DNA from: a virus | Direction: 5' to 3' (one strand) | IMG/VR virus record: IMGVR_UViG_3300010158_000036 | Span: 1 to 64,000 of that record | Length of the DNA stretch: 64,000 nucleotides | Part shown: piece by piece, positions 9,060-20,466 of the stretch | Layout: each line of letters starts with the position of its first letter | Position numbering within the stretch: position 1 is the stretch's first letter | The notes under the pieces: model-generated | Seen by the model: only the letters and a program-made list of their open reading frames with translations | The model's database searches: none | What the model was told of the DNA's origin: nothing | Translations under genes and position numbers: made by a program

Positions 9060-9875
9060 TTAATAATCAAAGATTTTAAAGTACCATGAATTACCTTCCT
9101 TAATACCATTAGAAATTTCTGGAATTAACATATCACTCCAATCATTTTTGCTTGCAGGTATAATTGAAGGCTTAATTGTATGAGATCCAAAAATTCCAAA
9201 ATGTACATCATCTTCTTCAACACTTTTTACTAAATTATTAAAATCATGTTGATATGAATCTTGCTCTAGATATTCATAAATTTTATTCATAACTTCTTGT
9301 GGGGTTTCACATAGATCCTCATATCTAATAAAGCATATATCTTTGGCAATATTTCTTTGAAATAAATCAAGAGTTTTTTGAAGAGCAAGCCCAATAGGTT
9401 GAGCCGTTAACCAATATTGAGTTCGTTGAGAAACCGTCATATTTTGGATTTGAGAAGGATTATCAGGTCTTTCAGGATTATATCCATTTGCTCTATAAAT
9501 CCTTTCCATGGAAGCTATAATTGAACGAAGATCCCTAACCATACAAATCATTTTTGGATTAGGATTCCATTGGTTTACCCATTCAAAATAGTGACACCAT
9601 CCCCGATTCTTATCGCATACAATAGGTTTATCTGTAATAGGTAAATAATAACCTTGAGCCATTGAAGAACACATTGAAATAAATGCATTTTTCATGAGTT
9701 GAGGATTTTGAGATTTTACTTCAGCTAGATTATAATTAGATCGAGCGCCAAATTGATATTCCAGAAGTGGTGAAGTTGATGAACCATAAATTCTTGGATT
9801 TTGATTAAGAATTACTTGAAGTAATTCAGAACCAGATCTAGGCATACTAGAATTAAAAATAATCTTTTTGATCAT
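9060..9875 (-). CDS. Sulfotransferase family protein
   Basis: 5'-PSB-like loop SSMPRSGSELL, DKNRGW, 3'-PB motif ICMVRDLRSIIAS and RYEDL. Confidence 0.85.
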   Translation of the reverse strand: MIKKIIFNSSMPRSGSELLQVILNQNPRIYGSSTSPLLEYQFGARSNYNLAEVKSQNPQLMKNAFISMCSSMAQGYYLPITDKPIVCDKNRGWCHYFEWVNQWNPNPKMICMVRDLRSIIASMERIYRANGYNPERPDNPSQIQNMTVSQRTQYWLTAQPIGLALQKTLDLFQRNIAKDICFIRYEDLCETPQEVMNKIYEYLEQDSYQHDFNNLVKSVEEDDVHFGIFGSHTIKPSIIPASKNDWSDMLIPEISNGIKEGNSWYFKIFDY

Positions 9876-9882
9876 TAATTAT

Positions 9883-12105
9883 CTATGGAACAAATACAGT
9901 AACACTTGTTGGCCCTGATACATTAATAGTTTTGGTCTTAATTCCTATAGTTAGTGTAAGTAATCCAAACCCATCAACAGAACCTGTAATATAAGCAGGT
10001 CCTGTACCAGCGTTTGCTATAACACCAGTAACAGAAGAAAATCCTATTGGTCCAGTTGCGCCAATAGCCCCATTTAAGCCTCCAGGTCCAGTTGGTCCTA
10101 CAAGTCCCGTTGCACCAGTTATACCAATAACACCAGATGCTCCAATTGGTCCCGTTGCACCAGTTATACCAATAACACCAGATGCTCCAATTGGTCCCGT
10201 TGCACCAGTTATACCAATAACACCAGATGGACCTGTAGCACCAGATGGACCTGGTGCACCAGATGGACCTGCGACTCCTGTAGGACCAGCAACACCGATA
10301 GGCCCAGTAGCTCCCTGAATTCCTTGCACCCCAGTAGCTCCTATGGGGCCTGTAGCTCCTCCTCCAGGACCAGTAGGTCCTGCAACTCCTGTGGCACCAA
10401 CTGCACCTAAATCTATAGTTGTTACATTACCTGTTGCATCATTATAATCTAAATTAATAGAAGTCAATGTTTTTCTAAAAGCTAACATCTTACGACCAAT
10501 ATGACCATCTCTTTCCGAACCAGCTCTAGCTGAACATATAATAGTTCCAGTTGCAGGAGTTACAGGAGTTCCTGGTATAAGATATGTAAAATAATCTGAA
10601 GCCGATGCATCAATAATATCAACTATTCCATTATATTCAGTTTGAATAGCTCCACTTATAGTTACTTGGCTTCCCTTAGAGTATCCATGATTAACTAAAT
10701 GAACAGTGGCAATTCCTCCCGTACGAGTAATAGTTACAACTTGAGAAACTTCAGAATCTACATATATGGAATTGAGAGATTCTACAGTTTGTTGAACCAT
10801 TCCTGTATTACCATGAATTTTAATTTCAGCTCCACGAACAAAGGTATCATCCCAATAGCCAAGAGAATTTATCTTATCAATACTACTATAAATGTTAGAC
10901 CCGTATGCAGCTGAAGCTGATCCTGTTACAGAATTACCATATCCAAAAGCAGACGAACTTGCGCCAGATACAATATTTTGATATCCGACTGATGATGAAC
11001 TTATCCCTGATGCTGTATTTTGATATCCAATTGCAGATGAACTCGTTCCTAATGCCGTATTTTTGTATCCGAATGCTGCAGATAAATTACCGCCAGTATT
11101 ATTACTATTTCCGAAAGCTGTAGAATTTTCCCCAGTCGCAGAATTACCATATCCAAAAGCAGACGAAGCTGTGCCAGATGCAATATTTTGATATCCAATA
11201 GCCGATGTATAAAGATTATATACAGTATTGCTTATACCAATTGCAGATGAATAACCAGATGAATGATCAAAATTATAAGATCCAATACTAACAGATGCAA
11301 AACTACTAGCTAAATTTTTATATCCAAAACTTGATGAACTTATACCTGATGCAATATTCTGATGACCTACAGCCGATGACTGAGCTCCAGATTCTATATA
11401 ATAGTCATAAATATCATGATTATTTTTAACTCCTATTGCACTAGAATTTATTCCTGACGTATAATTATAATAACCAAGAGCAGTGGCATAATCAGCACCA
11501 ACATCATTATAAGATCCAACAGAAGATGAGTTTACTCCATATGAACTTGTGTTATTACCAATAGCAACTGCATTATTACCAAATGCATTGCAACTTTTAC
11601 CAATAGCAACCGAATCATTACTTTCTGCGTTACAGTTAGTACCGATAGCAGAAGATGATTGTCCAGAAGCTATACTGAAATAACCTGCGCTTAATGAATA
11701 ATCTCCAGACGAAATATTACTATAACCAATAGATGTAGAGTATAAACCTATTGTATTGGTCTTATATCCTACTGCAACTGAGTAATTACCAGATAATACT
11801 GAATAATTATTTCTAAACCCAACCGAAGTTGAGTATTCTCCATTGGCATTATTCTGATAACCTAAAGATGTTGATGAAATACTACCTGTAGTATTGTTTA
11901 TTCCGACTTTAATTGAACTTAAAGCATTTACATCCAACACTTCTTGTTGAGAAGTAATTGATTGAATTACATTATTAGGATTTTTATAATAAAGAATTCC
12001 ATCCTTGTAATTTATAGATAGTTCTCCGTAATCGAGATCTGTTGGTGCTGGTACCAATCCTTGAATCCCGGACTTTTTAAGTATAATTTGATTATAGTCT
12101 GACAT
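9883..12105 (-). CDS. Tail fibre/adhesin with YadA-head-like 14-aa repeats and C-terminal collagen triple helix
   Basis: N-terminal LKKSG...[19 protein letters not shown] junction motif. More than 20 AxGxxSSAxGYxN repeats. About 40 Gly-X-Y triplets. Confidence 0.85.
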   Translation of the reverse strand: MSDYNQIILKKSGIQGLVPAPTDLDYGELSINYKDGILYYKNPNNVIQSITSQQEVLDVNALSSIKVGINNTTGSISSTSLGYQNNANGEYSTSVGFRNNYSVLSGNYSVAVGYKTNTIGLYSTSIGYSNISSGDYSLSAGYFSIASGQSSSAIGTNCNAESNDSVAIGKSCNAFGNNAVAIGNNTSSYGVNSSSVGSYNDVGADYATALGYYNYTSGINSSAIGVKNNHDIYDYYIESGAQSSAVGHQNIASGISSSSFGYKNLASSFASVSIGSYNFDHSSGYSSAIGISNTVYNLYTSAIGYQNIASGTASSAFGYGNSATGENSTAFGNSNNTGGNLSAAFGYKNTALGTSSSAIGYQNTASGISSSSVGYQNIVSGASSSAFGYGNSVTGSASAAYGSNIYSSIDKINSLGYWDDTFVRGAEIKIHGNTGMVQQTVESLNSIYVDSEVSQVVTITRTGGIATVHLVNHGYSKGSQVTISGAIQTEYNGIVDIIDASASDYFTYLIPGTPVTPATGTIICSARAGSERDGHIGRKMLAFRKTLTSINLDYNDATGNVTTIDLGAVGATGVAGPTGPGGGATGPIGATGVQGIQGATGPIGVAGPTGVAGPSGAPGPSGATGPSGVIGITGATGPIGASGVIGITGATGPIGASGVIGITGATGLVGPTGPGGLNGAIGATGPIGFSSVTGVIANAGTGPAYITGSVDGFGLLTLTIGIKTKTINVSGPTSVTVFVP
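10104..10229. repeat. 45-bp tandem repeat (2.8 identical copies) in the collagen segment
   Basis: Unit gtcccgttgcaccagttataccaataacaccagatgctccaattg at 10104, 10149 and 10194 (partial), encoding [15 protein letters not shown]. Confidence 0.9.
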
Positions 12106-12110
12106 ATATT

Positions 12111-14831
12111 CTATTTGACTCTATTGAAAATTGTTCTATATTGCCCATTATTCCAACTAGATTCAATACCAGAATCAAAATGGAAATCATTATATCCAGC
12201 CCAATATAATTTTCCATCATTTAACATCAGCAATGAATAGGCAGTATCATTGTTATATCCTAACTGAACATCTTTAATATTTGCAACAACATCAGAACTG
12301 ATTAATATTGGAGTCCACGAAGATTTAATAATTGCCACACCAGCGTTTCCTAATTGACCATTAAAATTAGAACCAGTTCCAAATAAGAAAGAATCTCCGG
12401 ATTTTGTGCATTTAATAATAGCAGAACAATATGAAGAATTTGAATTACTTACATATAAATCAGTTAAAGTATAACCGGAAGGTAATGTGGAAGTTATATT
12501 AGTCCATATTACAACAGATGAAATTCCAGAATTTCCGAAATTACCACATGTATTATTTCCTGTTGCATATATTTGTTTATCGACTGTTAAAATATATGTA
12601 ACTCCACTTGCATGAGTTGGATAAAATTTACTAATATTACCAGAAACAGTTCCATCCCAAATTTTATATGGTAATGATATTATTGGAGTTGTTACTTTTC
12701 CAAATGTATTATCTCCATTATAACCCCAGGCATATAATGAAGCTCCATTATTGCTCTTAATAAAAAATGCTCCATTGCCAGAACTTCCCTTGGAATATAA
12801 TACATAATTAGACCAATTTGAAAGTTCCGACGGTTTTGAAATAATTGTCCATGTATTTTTACTACCAACAGACCCATTTCCGATTTGTCCGTTGCCGCCA
12901 TAACCACATGTATAAATTTGATTATTAGTACTCATAATACAAGCACTAATCAAGGTTTCAGATCCACATACAACTATATCTGACACAGTTGTATTAGATG
13001 CAACAGTCTGATATCCGATATCACTTGTATTATCATTGGTGCTATTACCAAGTTGACCATAAACATTATAACCTGCACACCACAAGTTATTAGCATTATC
13101 CAGAATATATGTCGTATAACTGCTAAGAACTACTTTGATGATAGGATTTGTAATCTGTGGAAATACCTGAGTCCAGGTAGTAATATCTGAAGTAGATCCA
13201 GACATTAAATTGAATCGATTATATGAATTTCTACCAATTGCCCAAAGTTGTCCAGTAGTATCAATACACACCATTGAATATTCTGAGATATACAATTTAG
13301 AAGCTTTTCTATTTAAAGGTAATGGTATAATCTGATGACCAAATGCATTACAGACTCCGAATATTGAATATCTATTTGCCCCAGTAACAACTACGTTATT
13401 ATCAGTATTGATATAAGCATATTCCTGCCAGGACATTGCTGATGTATCACCATGAGTTTTTTCTCTAAGTTGTTTAACTGGTCCATTAAGATTTGCGCTA
13501 AATTCAGTTAATAAAGGAGAAGTACCAGATCCATTAGTATAATATACATGGATTCCATCCCAAGAAATATAACCACCAGATACCGTTGCTAATTTATTAG
13601 GAGTGATTGTGGCGGCTGATATTTCTGATCCCGTAATTGCAGCAACCCCCAAAACTCCCCCGACAACTGAAAGAGTCGAATCATGTTTAACTGCAACTGT
13701 ATATGTGTCCGATGCCGATAAATTAAATGAAGATACACTCGAAGAATCTGAAGATTTATTAAACTGAATACCATCTCCAGCTAATAATTGTGTATTAACA
13801 ATTGTATCAGAAACTAACTTGATGATATAAGTTGTTGTTAAGTAAGGTTGAAGAATACTGAAAGCTATACTAGATCCGATCGATCCTGTACTGCCAGTTA
13901 TAGTATGTATATGCGATCCAGCAGAAGCTGTTTCAAATGTGCCATAACCTCCCCCCATATCCTGATTTGCCGATCCAAATATATTGCCCGTGCCATATCG
14001 TCCTTTGTTAATTGAATGCGTATGAGCTCCGGCGGAAGATATTATTAATGTTCCAGTATCATGATTATGACTTGGTAATTCATCAGTAATTAATGTATGC
14101 TTATATAAACCGCCATAAGAACCAATAACAAAAGCTTGAGTGGTTATTGAATCTGTTCCTATTCCTCTACCAATAATAGATCGACCTTTTAAGTCGGGAA
14201 GTTTACCGGGCGCTCCATAAGTAGATCCTAGTAATGCATATAACTCTGGATATGTAACACTTGAAATAATAGAACCATCGCATTCGGCCCAACCGGTAGG
14301 GATTGTTATTCCGGAATATGCAATTATAGTTCCAACAGGAATAATCTGATTTAGAATTCCTGGAGATACTGATGTTATCTGTCCTAAAATAGAAGTACTC
14401 AATGAAGTTTCATCCTTCCATGATAAAACTCCAGATTTTCCAGTTAAGTATGAAGTAGAACTTGGACTAGCTCCCGTAGGAACTGAGAATAAATTAGTAC
14501 CCAGTCCTAAAGAATTGGCAGCAATAATAGATCCCGCTTGTATAGCTGCGCTTGATTTTAGTATAGAACTTTCATAATATAAACCAGCATCTCCTATTTT
14601 TAATGTTGGTCTTGAACTAGATCCAGCACTAAAAGTTTTGGATCCTGTTATAGTTTGATCACTGTTAAGAGTGACATAATTAATTGTAACTCCAGAATAC
14701 AAAGCATCTATAGCAGTCGATACAGTTTGAAGTTGAGCAGTAATACCATTACTCTTTAATCGCCATTGTTCAAATGTGTCAGACGTAGATACACCGGTTC
14801 CAGAAAATGAGTTAAAGGATATGTTGTCCAT
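12111..14831 (-). CDS. Tail fibre with tail-collar domain and RCC1-like beta-propeller
   Basis: N-terminal [12 protein letters not shown] motif. Collar motif IPVGTIIAY...GWAECDG...YPELYALLG...LPDLKGR. RCC1 repeats [18 protein letters not shown] and GSNFNGQLG. Late promoter at 14838-14845. Confidence 0.85.
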   Translation of the reverse strand: MDNISFNSFSGTGVSTSDTFEQWRLKSNGITAQLQTVSTAIDALYSGVTINYVTLNSDQTITGSKTFSAGSSSRPTLKIGDAGLYYESSILKSSAAIQAGSIIAANSLGLGTNLFSVPTGASPSSTSYLTGKSGVLSWKDETSLSTSILGQITSVSPGILNQIIPVGTIIAYSGITIPTGWAECDGSIISSVTYPELYALLGSTYGAPGKLPDLKGRSIIGRGIGTDSITTQAFVIGSYGGLYKHTLITDELPSHNHDTGTLIISSAGAHTHSINKGRYGTGNIFGSANQDMGGGYGTFETASAGSHIHTITGSTGSIGSSIAFSILQPYLTTTYIIKLVSDTIVNTQLLAGDGIQFNKSSDSSSVSSFNLSASDTYTVAVKHDSTLSVVGGVLGVAAITGSEISAATITPNKLATVSGGYISWDGIHVYYTNGSGTSPLLTEFSANLNGPVKQLREKTHGDTSAMSWQEYAYINTDNNVVVTGANRYSIFGVCNAFGHQIIPLPLNRKASKLYISEYSMVCIDTTGQLWAIGRNSYNRFNLMSGSTSDITTWTQVFPQITNPIIKVVLSSYTTYILDNANNLWCAGYNVYGQLGNSTNDNTSDIGYQTVASNTTVSDIVVCGSETLISACIMSTNNQIYTCGYGGNGQIGNGSVGSKNTWTIISKPSELSNWSNYVLYSKGSSGNGAFFIKSNNGASLYAWGYNGDNTFGKVTTPIISLPYKIWDGTVSGNISKFYPTHASGVTYILTVDKQIYATGNNTCGNFGNSGISSVVIWTNITSTLPSGYTLTDLYVSNSNSSYCSAIIKCTKSGDSFLFGTGSNFNGQLGNAGVAIIKSSWTPILISSDVVANIKDVQLGYNNDTAYSLLMLNDGKLYWAGYNDFHFDSGIESSWNNGQYRTIFNRVK

Positions 14832-14846
14832 TATCTATATTTATAA

Positions 14847-15125
14847 TTAAGTTGTCTTGCTTTTAATTTTCTTTGAAACCGTTTCTAAATTCGATAAACG
14901 TTCAATAACCAAATCTTTCCATTCAAGTAAGTTATCAATTTGATTATGCAACTCTTCAATCTGAGAATATAAGTCCGCAATTGTATTAGCATGTTTTAGT
15001 TGCATGTTACGTCTATGACATACAGCATTATAGGCAGACACATCAGTATTGATAATAGCCTTTGAATATGTATCTCGAACCAAAGTAGGATTATCTTTTA
15101 CTTGTATTGTATGATTTGGACTCAT
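14847..15125 (-). CDS. Conserved T4-like small virion-associated protein
   Basis: VKDNPTLVRDTYSKAIINTD motif followed by a coiled coil. Start re-called at ATG 15125 to avoid overlap with the upstream gene. Confidence 0.7.
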   Translation of the reverse strand: MSPNHTIQVKDNPTLVRDTYSKAIINTDVSAYNAVCHRRNMQLKHANTIADLYSQIEELHNQIDNLLEWKDLVIERLSNLETVSKKIKSKTT

Positions 15126-15129
15126 TTGT

Positions 15130-18100
15130 TTAGAATGTTGCGATTGCTCGGAAATCCTTAATGGTAGGAACCTGAGTTTTATCATCAGACACCATTACAA
15201 TTTTTACTGCGAATGAAGTAAATAAAGGAACAGTATGAATATTATCAGTATAATGAATTTCAGTGAATACAGAAGGATCTGAAGAAACTGGAATCTGGCC
15301 GGGAATCGAATTATAAAGATTCCAATTGGTATCATCATTATATTTTACATAAACTCTAATATTAGAGTTAGTAATTGGTCTATTAACATTTACATAGATA
15401 TCTATCTGATCAGATGCATTATTAAGGGTAATAGTTCTTGTGATATATCGAGCTGCCGCATTACCGGCATCCATTATTAATTCTGTATCAGTTCCAGATC
15501 CATCTGTAATAACATTATTAACACATATTAATGAATTGCGTTCAATATCAATTACAGGACTTAGATATGATGAAGTTGAAGATAATGTAGACTTAAGATC
15601 AATTGGAGCAGAAGTTGAATCAATGCTAAATTGAGAAACTGCGGCATAATTCTCATTTGGTATAATGGTTGAATATGAAGCAATATTCATATCTAAAGAA
15701 TCGGTAATACTTGTATTATTAACAGCAACAGCATTGCGATTAAGATTAAATAATGAAATATCCACAGATTCAACAGTTCCTGTGGTAGTCCAATAATCAG
15801 AAGGATTACTAGATTTTGCAATTTTAACTACGGGCGCAGAAGAATACCCAGACCCTGGATTTGTTATAGAAATTCCAGACAATTTATTTGTGTTGGGATT
15901 TTTTATAGAAATAGCAGTTGCAGTAACTCCTGGAGGATCAATTTTTATTGTAGTTGTCGCAGTGGAATATCCAACTCCTCCATCATTAATAATAATACTT
16001 GTTACCTTGCCAGCATTAATAAGTGCATGAGCTTTTGCATGAGCTCCCCCAGAGGTAGAAATAATAGTTACAAGAGGTGGTAGAATATACCCAGTATTTC
16101 CATCAGCTGAAATGGTAACAGTATTTGGTATAACTCCACTTGATGGTATAATGACTGATGCTGTAGCAATAAGTCCTGGAGGAGCAATAGTTACTGCTGG
16201 ATTATTTCCTGTGTATGTATCAGATAAAGCCGGAGAAATATCAACTGATACAATACCACCAGAAAGATGTTGGGTGAAATGAGCTACAGCCGATGAAGTA
16301 TCAAATTCAGCATAGTACATTTTAAACTTCATATCCTTAGTTTGCTCTGAAGTCCAAGTCGATGCATTTTGACTCATCAACAATACTCCATTGTACGCAT
16401 TCTTTGTGATAGAAGTATTACTACTAACATCAATTCCTCCCACAGTCGCAAGCCAAATTCTATAATCTGCAGAATTAGATGTCACAACAATCGCATATTC
16501 AGTTCCATTAAGAAGATATACCGGATCGGAAAACTTAAAGTTTGTCGCAATAGTTCCAGAATTGGCATCTACATTTATATCAGCTGCTTGCATTGTTACA
16601 GTTGAGAATGGCATTATTTGTTGTGTAGGAATTCCATTTGAACAAATAACAATATATGCAGTAACTGGAAGATTCGTAGATTTAGCTGAGAAGTATAGAT
16701 CAAACCCAGTTGCAAATAAACCTTCTTCCACATTAGGAATCATGAATGTTTGAGCTATGGGATCATTCCATTGAATAGAAGTACCAACATTAATTGCTTG
16801 ATTCTGACTTACTGAAGCTACAACTAATTCAGGCTTACGAATTGATAGAATAGTATCTTGCTGAGTTTCAGTCGTACCAGACGCAATATATTGAGTATCT
16901 GCAACAGTTGTAGATTCTGGTTCTGTATTAGATGGAGAATCACTCAATTTGAATACTCGCTGACCACATTTAAATTTGGTTAATTTATTATTAGGAATAT
17001 AGAATTCCCCCTGAACATTACCAAATTCATCTGTAATGATTGGTAACCCTTTTAATATATCAACATCAATAGACGGAATGATATCATAATATACAGCAGA
17101 ATCTCCTGCAGTATTCATGGATGTAGGAATATTAGTAAGTTGATTACAATAGCCAGTTACATTAATGCCATCAAAGAAAGCAAATACTCGAGTGTTAGGT
17201 TTAAGTTTGGTAGCATTAAAATAAATTTTGATTGGACGAATATATGGAATATAGCTGATATCAATTGCTTTATTACCAAGAGATTGTGTCTGATCTGTGT
17301 AGCCGAGAGACGTAAGCGATCCACTTCTAGATTGATATGCAGTTGTAGTAGTCGCAGAAATGGCTTTATTTATAGAAGCTCCGCTAAATCCAGTTGCGGC
17401 TGTTATAGCTGATCTACCACTTACAGTTGATTGTCCTAACCAATTTGTTTGCCATTCATTCCAATGAAACCCGAAAGTGTCAGATGTTGCAGCAGTTAAA
17501 GCCACAGCATCGTATGCGCCAGAATTATTGATAACTAAATCAGGTGCATGTATAGTGTCCTTCCAATTATCACTTGAAGGAATTAATGATATATTGCCAG
17601 AAAATACAGCAACATCATAAGGATTGACACTTAAAGTATCGGAACCATAAGACTGATTAATCAAGACTTGTTCGGTATATGGAAGAGTTATAGTATGATC
17701 ATGAAGTTTAACTGCTGAAGTATCTGAAGGAACTAAGCGAAGATTCTTCATTGTAAACATCGGTCTTAATAGACCGACTGTATTATCCATTGAACATGCA
17801 TAACCAGAATTTGCAGGATCACCAATAGAATGCCCAGTGAAAGCATCTACAATATATCCGTTCTTTAATCTTTGACCATTATTATCTGTAATTGATGCAT
17901 TTTGTGCAGAAGTTTCAAGTAAAGATAAAGATGTGTAATATTCGATGTTAGAAATTCTCTGCTCAATACCACCAATATCTCGCATAGTAAATCGTCTATT
18001 ATCGATATAATTTACAGTAATATCCTTCGGAGAATATGTATAAGCTGGAACATCAAGTGTATATAAGGCAATAGCATTTGCAGGAATTGATGAAGCTTTA

Positions 18101-20466
18101 GGTTCTAGTGCGGGATCTCCTTGAAGAACACTGAAGATTCCATTACTATCCACAATAACAGTATCAATTTTCGGTAGATAATAATCAATTGTTGAAGTGA
18201 TAATGCTATCCGGATCAAGAGGAGCAAAAGATTCAAATGAAACAATGCTACTAGGACTTGCCGGATTAAATAAAATTAGGGGACGGAAATCATATACATC
18301 CGACAAACGAACTCCTTTATATGAAGGAATATTATCATATAGGAACGTATCAGATAACGTATACGAGCTTACACTGAAATAATCTCCGGTACCATGATCA
18401 AAATAATCATAACTAATATAAAGAGTATCTGAGGTGGCTCCTGTATATGTTATAGAAGCATTTGTATAATAATTATCTCTTTGTCCATCATCTGTGATAG
18501 AACACATTGATGTAACATTTTTACCTGATATTCCAGATGTAGTATATACAGAATTTATCTTAATAACATCTCCCTTTGATAACATTCTAATAGCAGTACC
18601 AGCACTTAATACTTCTTGGGCCGAAGTTGTTATAGTATTGATAGTTTTTGTTTTTCTGGGAGAACTTCCTGCATCAATAATAATAGGAAGAATTGCGGAT
18701 ACTATACGACCCGGCAAAGTTACCGTTGTAGAAGCTGAACCAGTTCCTGATATAACTTTAACAAGTCCTGAAGTATAATCTGTGCAGATTATGGATGATG
18801 TATCACCGAAAAGTCCAACACTTGTTGTAAATGTGGTTGTATTTGGTCCAGAATTCCAAGTGCCAGTAAACAATTTATCATAAGTATAAGATACATTAGA
18901 AACTGCCTTTGTTGTACCATAAGGAATAGGAAATAAGCTTGTGCTATTTTGAGAATCAATCAATGTAACTACTCCAGAGATATCAAAATCCACACTTCCT
19001 ACAGAGTATATACGTTTGGCATTACTTAGATATTTTTCTGAATTCATCTTAATATCAAACAGATGAAGTCTGATAGCATCTGCAGTTCCATCAACTGCCC
19101 GAATTTTACAAGTACCTAAAATATTACCATCACTGTAATAACTTTCCGGTTCATCATAGATATTATAAGCTGTAGTTGGATTTGTTATTACTGGTAAAGT
19201 AGATCCATGATTGAATTTACCAACAATATAATTACCAACTCTTGCAGAAGAATGAACTGATGCCCCAGTTAAAACATTTGCTCTGCTTTTAGTTGAATAT
19301 AAATCTCTATTTTGGGTAAGTTCTACACGATATCCTTTGATATAAGCAACTGCAGGATCTAGAGAGATTGAATATAAAGTTTCTCCTATAGCTTCTTTTT
19401 GTATATCAGTTTGAACAGGAATTGTTGCAGGATATGATCCTGTTGGCATTTCATCGACAGTATATCTACCGCCGGTTACTCCATCATTATAGAATTCTCG
19501 AAGTGTAATCTTAAATGGGCTTAAAGTATAATCTCCAGATTCTTCATAAGTTCTTTTTGCGAGAACATCATCAAGAGATGTATATAATTGTTTTACAGTT
19601 TCAAGACATTGAGAATTCTTGATTGTAAGTAACTTAATATAATTAGATGGAGAAAGGGTTGTAGATACAGGCAACTCCTTAACTGGATCCATTTCAACAA
19701 AATCTAGAGATAAATCAATTGTATATCTGTCGGCCCCAGGTGCTGAATAATTTGGCATTCCTGTTGCATTATCTAATATTGTTCCATCATTAGAATAATT
19801 AACAACAGATTCTGTAATACCGATAACAATTAATTGATTTACTAATGTATCAACTGCAACCTTATCAAGAAATACTGCTTGTGCCGGAGTCCATACAAAT
19901 GAACCCTTTGTATAAATAATTCCTTCACTAAGAAATGCACCGGCGGCATAACTTAAAGCATTACAAGCTCCAAGGAGAACTGCATCAGAATATACATTTA
20001 ATCCTAGAAATGTGTTTACGTTATTAGAATAAGAATCTTGAATACTATTATTATATCTAACATATAAACGGAGAATATTTGTAGATATAATTTTATAACC
20101 AAGGAGTTTTGCTGTAACACCTGTCTGACTAGAACCACTACTTACATTAATAGTATTTGCTAAAGTCGTAAATAAAGATGTAGCATTAATAGTTCCAGTA
20201 GAAATATCAACTGCCGATACATTATTATCGAATGTGCAATTTCCTCCAAGAATTGCAGAACCATCTTTGTAAATACTTGAACCTAATCTGTCAATCTGAG
20301 ATTGCAGAATACTTTGAAGTTGATTAACTTCTCTAACCTGAACAGAATATCCTGGCTTGAATAAAATCCGAAGATAGTTTTTTTCAGCAACAGTCTTATT
20401 GCCTTGATTTACATCCTTGACATTGAAGTCATCGAAATATGTTGTACTATAAGAAGTAATTGACAT
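15130..20466 (-). CDS. Large baseplate-associated structural protein (DUF4815/VrlC-like)
   Basis: YFDDF...NYLRILFKPGYSVQVRE.NQLQSILQ, APGADRY, LAKRTYEESGDY, NRRFTMRDIG.IEQRI.NIEYYTSLSLLE, DPIAQTF and C-terminal PTIKDFRAIA. Confidence 0.9.
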   Translation of the reverse strand: MSITSYSTTYFDDFNVKDVNQGNKTVAEKNYLRILFKPGYSVQVREVNQLQSILQSQIDRLGSSIYKDGSAILGGNCTFDNNVSAVDISTGTINATSLFTTLANTINVSSGSSQTGVTAKLLGYKIISTNILRLYVRYNNSIQDSYSNNVNTFLGLNVYSDAVLLGACNALSYAAGAFLSEGIIYTKGSFVWTPAQAVFLDKVAVDTLVNQLIVIGITESVVNYSNDGTILDNATGMPNYSAPGADRYTIDLSLDFVEMDPVKELPVSTTLSPSNYIKLLTIKNSQCLETVKQLYTSLDDVLAKRTYEESGDYTLSPFKITLREFYNDGVTGGRYTVDEMPTGSYPATIPVQTDIQKEAIGETLYSISLDPAVAYIKGYRVELTQNRDLYSTKSRANVLTGASVHSSARVGNYIVGKFNHGSTLPVITNPTTAYNIYDEPESYYSDGNILGTCKIRAVDGTADAIRLHLFDIKMNSEKYLSNAKRIYSVGSVDFDISGVVTLIDSQNSTSLFPIPYGTTKAVSNVSYTYDKLFTGTWNSGPNTTTFTTSVGLFGDTSSIICTDYTSGLVKVISGTGSASTTVTLPGRIVSAILPIIIDAGSSPRKTKTINTITTSAQEVLSAGTAIRMLSKGDVIKINSVYTTSGISGKNVTSMCSITDDGQRDNYYTNASITYTGATSDTLYISYDYFDHGTGDYFSVSSYTLSDTFLYDNIPSYKGVRLSDVYDFRPLILFNPASPSSIVSFESFAPLDPDSIITSTIDYYLPKIDTVIVDSNGIFSVLQGDPALEPKASSIPANAIALYTLDVPAYTYSPKDITVNYIDNRRFTMRDIGGIEQRISNIEYYTSLSLLETSAQNASITDNNGQRLKNGYIVDAFTGHSIGDPANSGYACSMDNTVGLLRPMFTMKNLRLVPSDTSAVKLHDHTITLPYTEQVLINQSYGSDTLSVNPYDVAVFSGNISLIPSSDNWKDTIHAPDLVINNSGAYDAVALTAATSDTFGFHWNEWQTNWLGQSTVSGRSAITAATGFSGASINKAISATTTTAYQSRSGSLTSLGYTDQTQSLGNKAIDISYIPYIRPIKIYFNATKLKPNTRVFAFFDGINVTGYCNQLTNIPTSMNTAGDSAVYYDIIPSIDVDILKGLPIITDEFGNVQGEFYIPNNKLTKFKCGQRVFKLSDSPSNTEPESTTVADTQYIASGTTETQQDTILSIRKPELVVASVSQNQAINVGTSIQWNDPIAQTFMIPNVEEGLFATGFDLYFSAKSTNLPVTAYIVICSNGIPTQQIMPFSTVTMQAADINVDANSGTIATNFKFSDPVYLLNGTEYAIVVTSNSADYRIWLATVGGIDVSSNTSITKNAYNGVLLMSQNASTWTSEQTKDMKFKMYYAEFDTSSAVAHFTQHLSGGIVSVDISPALSDTYTGNNPAVTIAPPGLIATASVIIPSSGVIPNTVTISADGNTGYILPPLVTIISTSGGAHAKAHALINAGKVTSIIINDGGVGYSTATTTIKIDPPGVTATAISIKNPNTNKLSGISITNPGSGYSSAPVVKIAKSSNPSDYWTTTGTVESVDISLFNLNRNAVAVNNTSITDSLDMNIASYSTIIPNENYAAVSQFSIDSTSAPIDLKSTLSSTSSYLSPVIDIERNSLICVNNVITDGSGTDTELIMDAGNAAARYITRTITLNNASDQIDIYVNVNRPITNSNIRVYVKYNDDTNWNLYNSIPGQIPVSSDPSVFTEIHYTDNIHTVPLFTSFAVKIVMVSDDKTQVPTIKDFRAIATF

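Noticed and set aside
10931-11196. Near-identical ~56-bp segments (10931 and 11141) as a DGR template/variable pair
   Set aside because: Both are in-frame YadA repeats inside one ORF, and there is no reverse transcriptase in the window.
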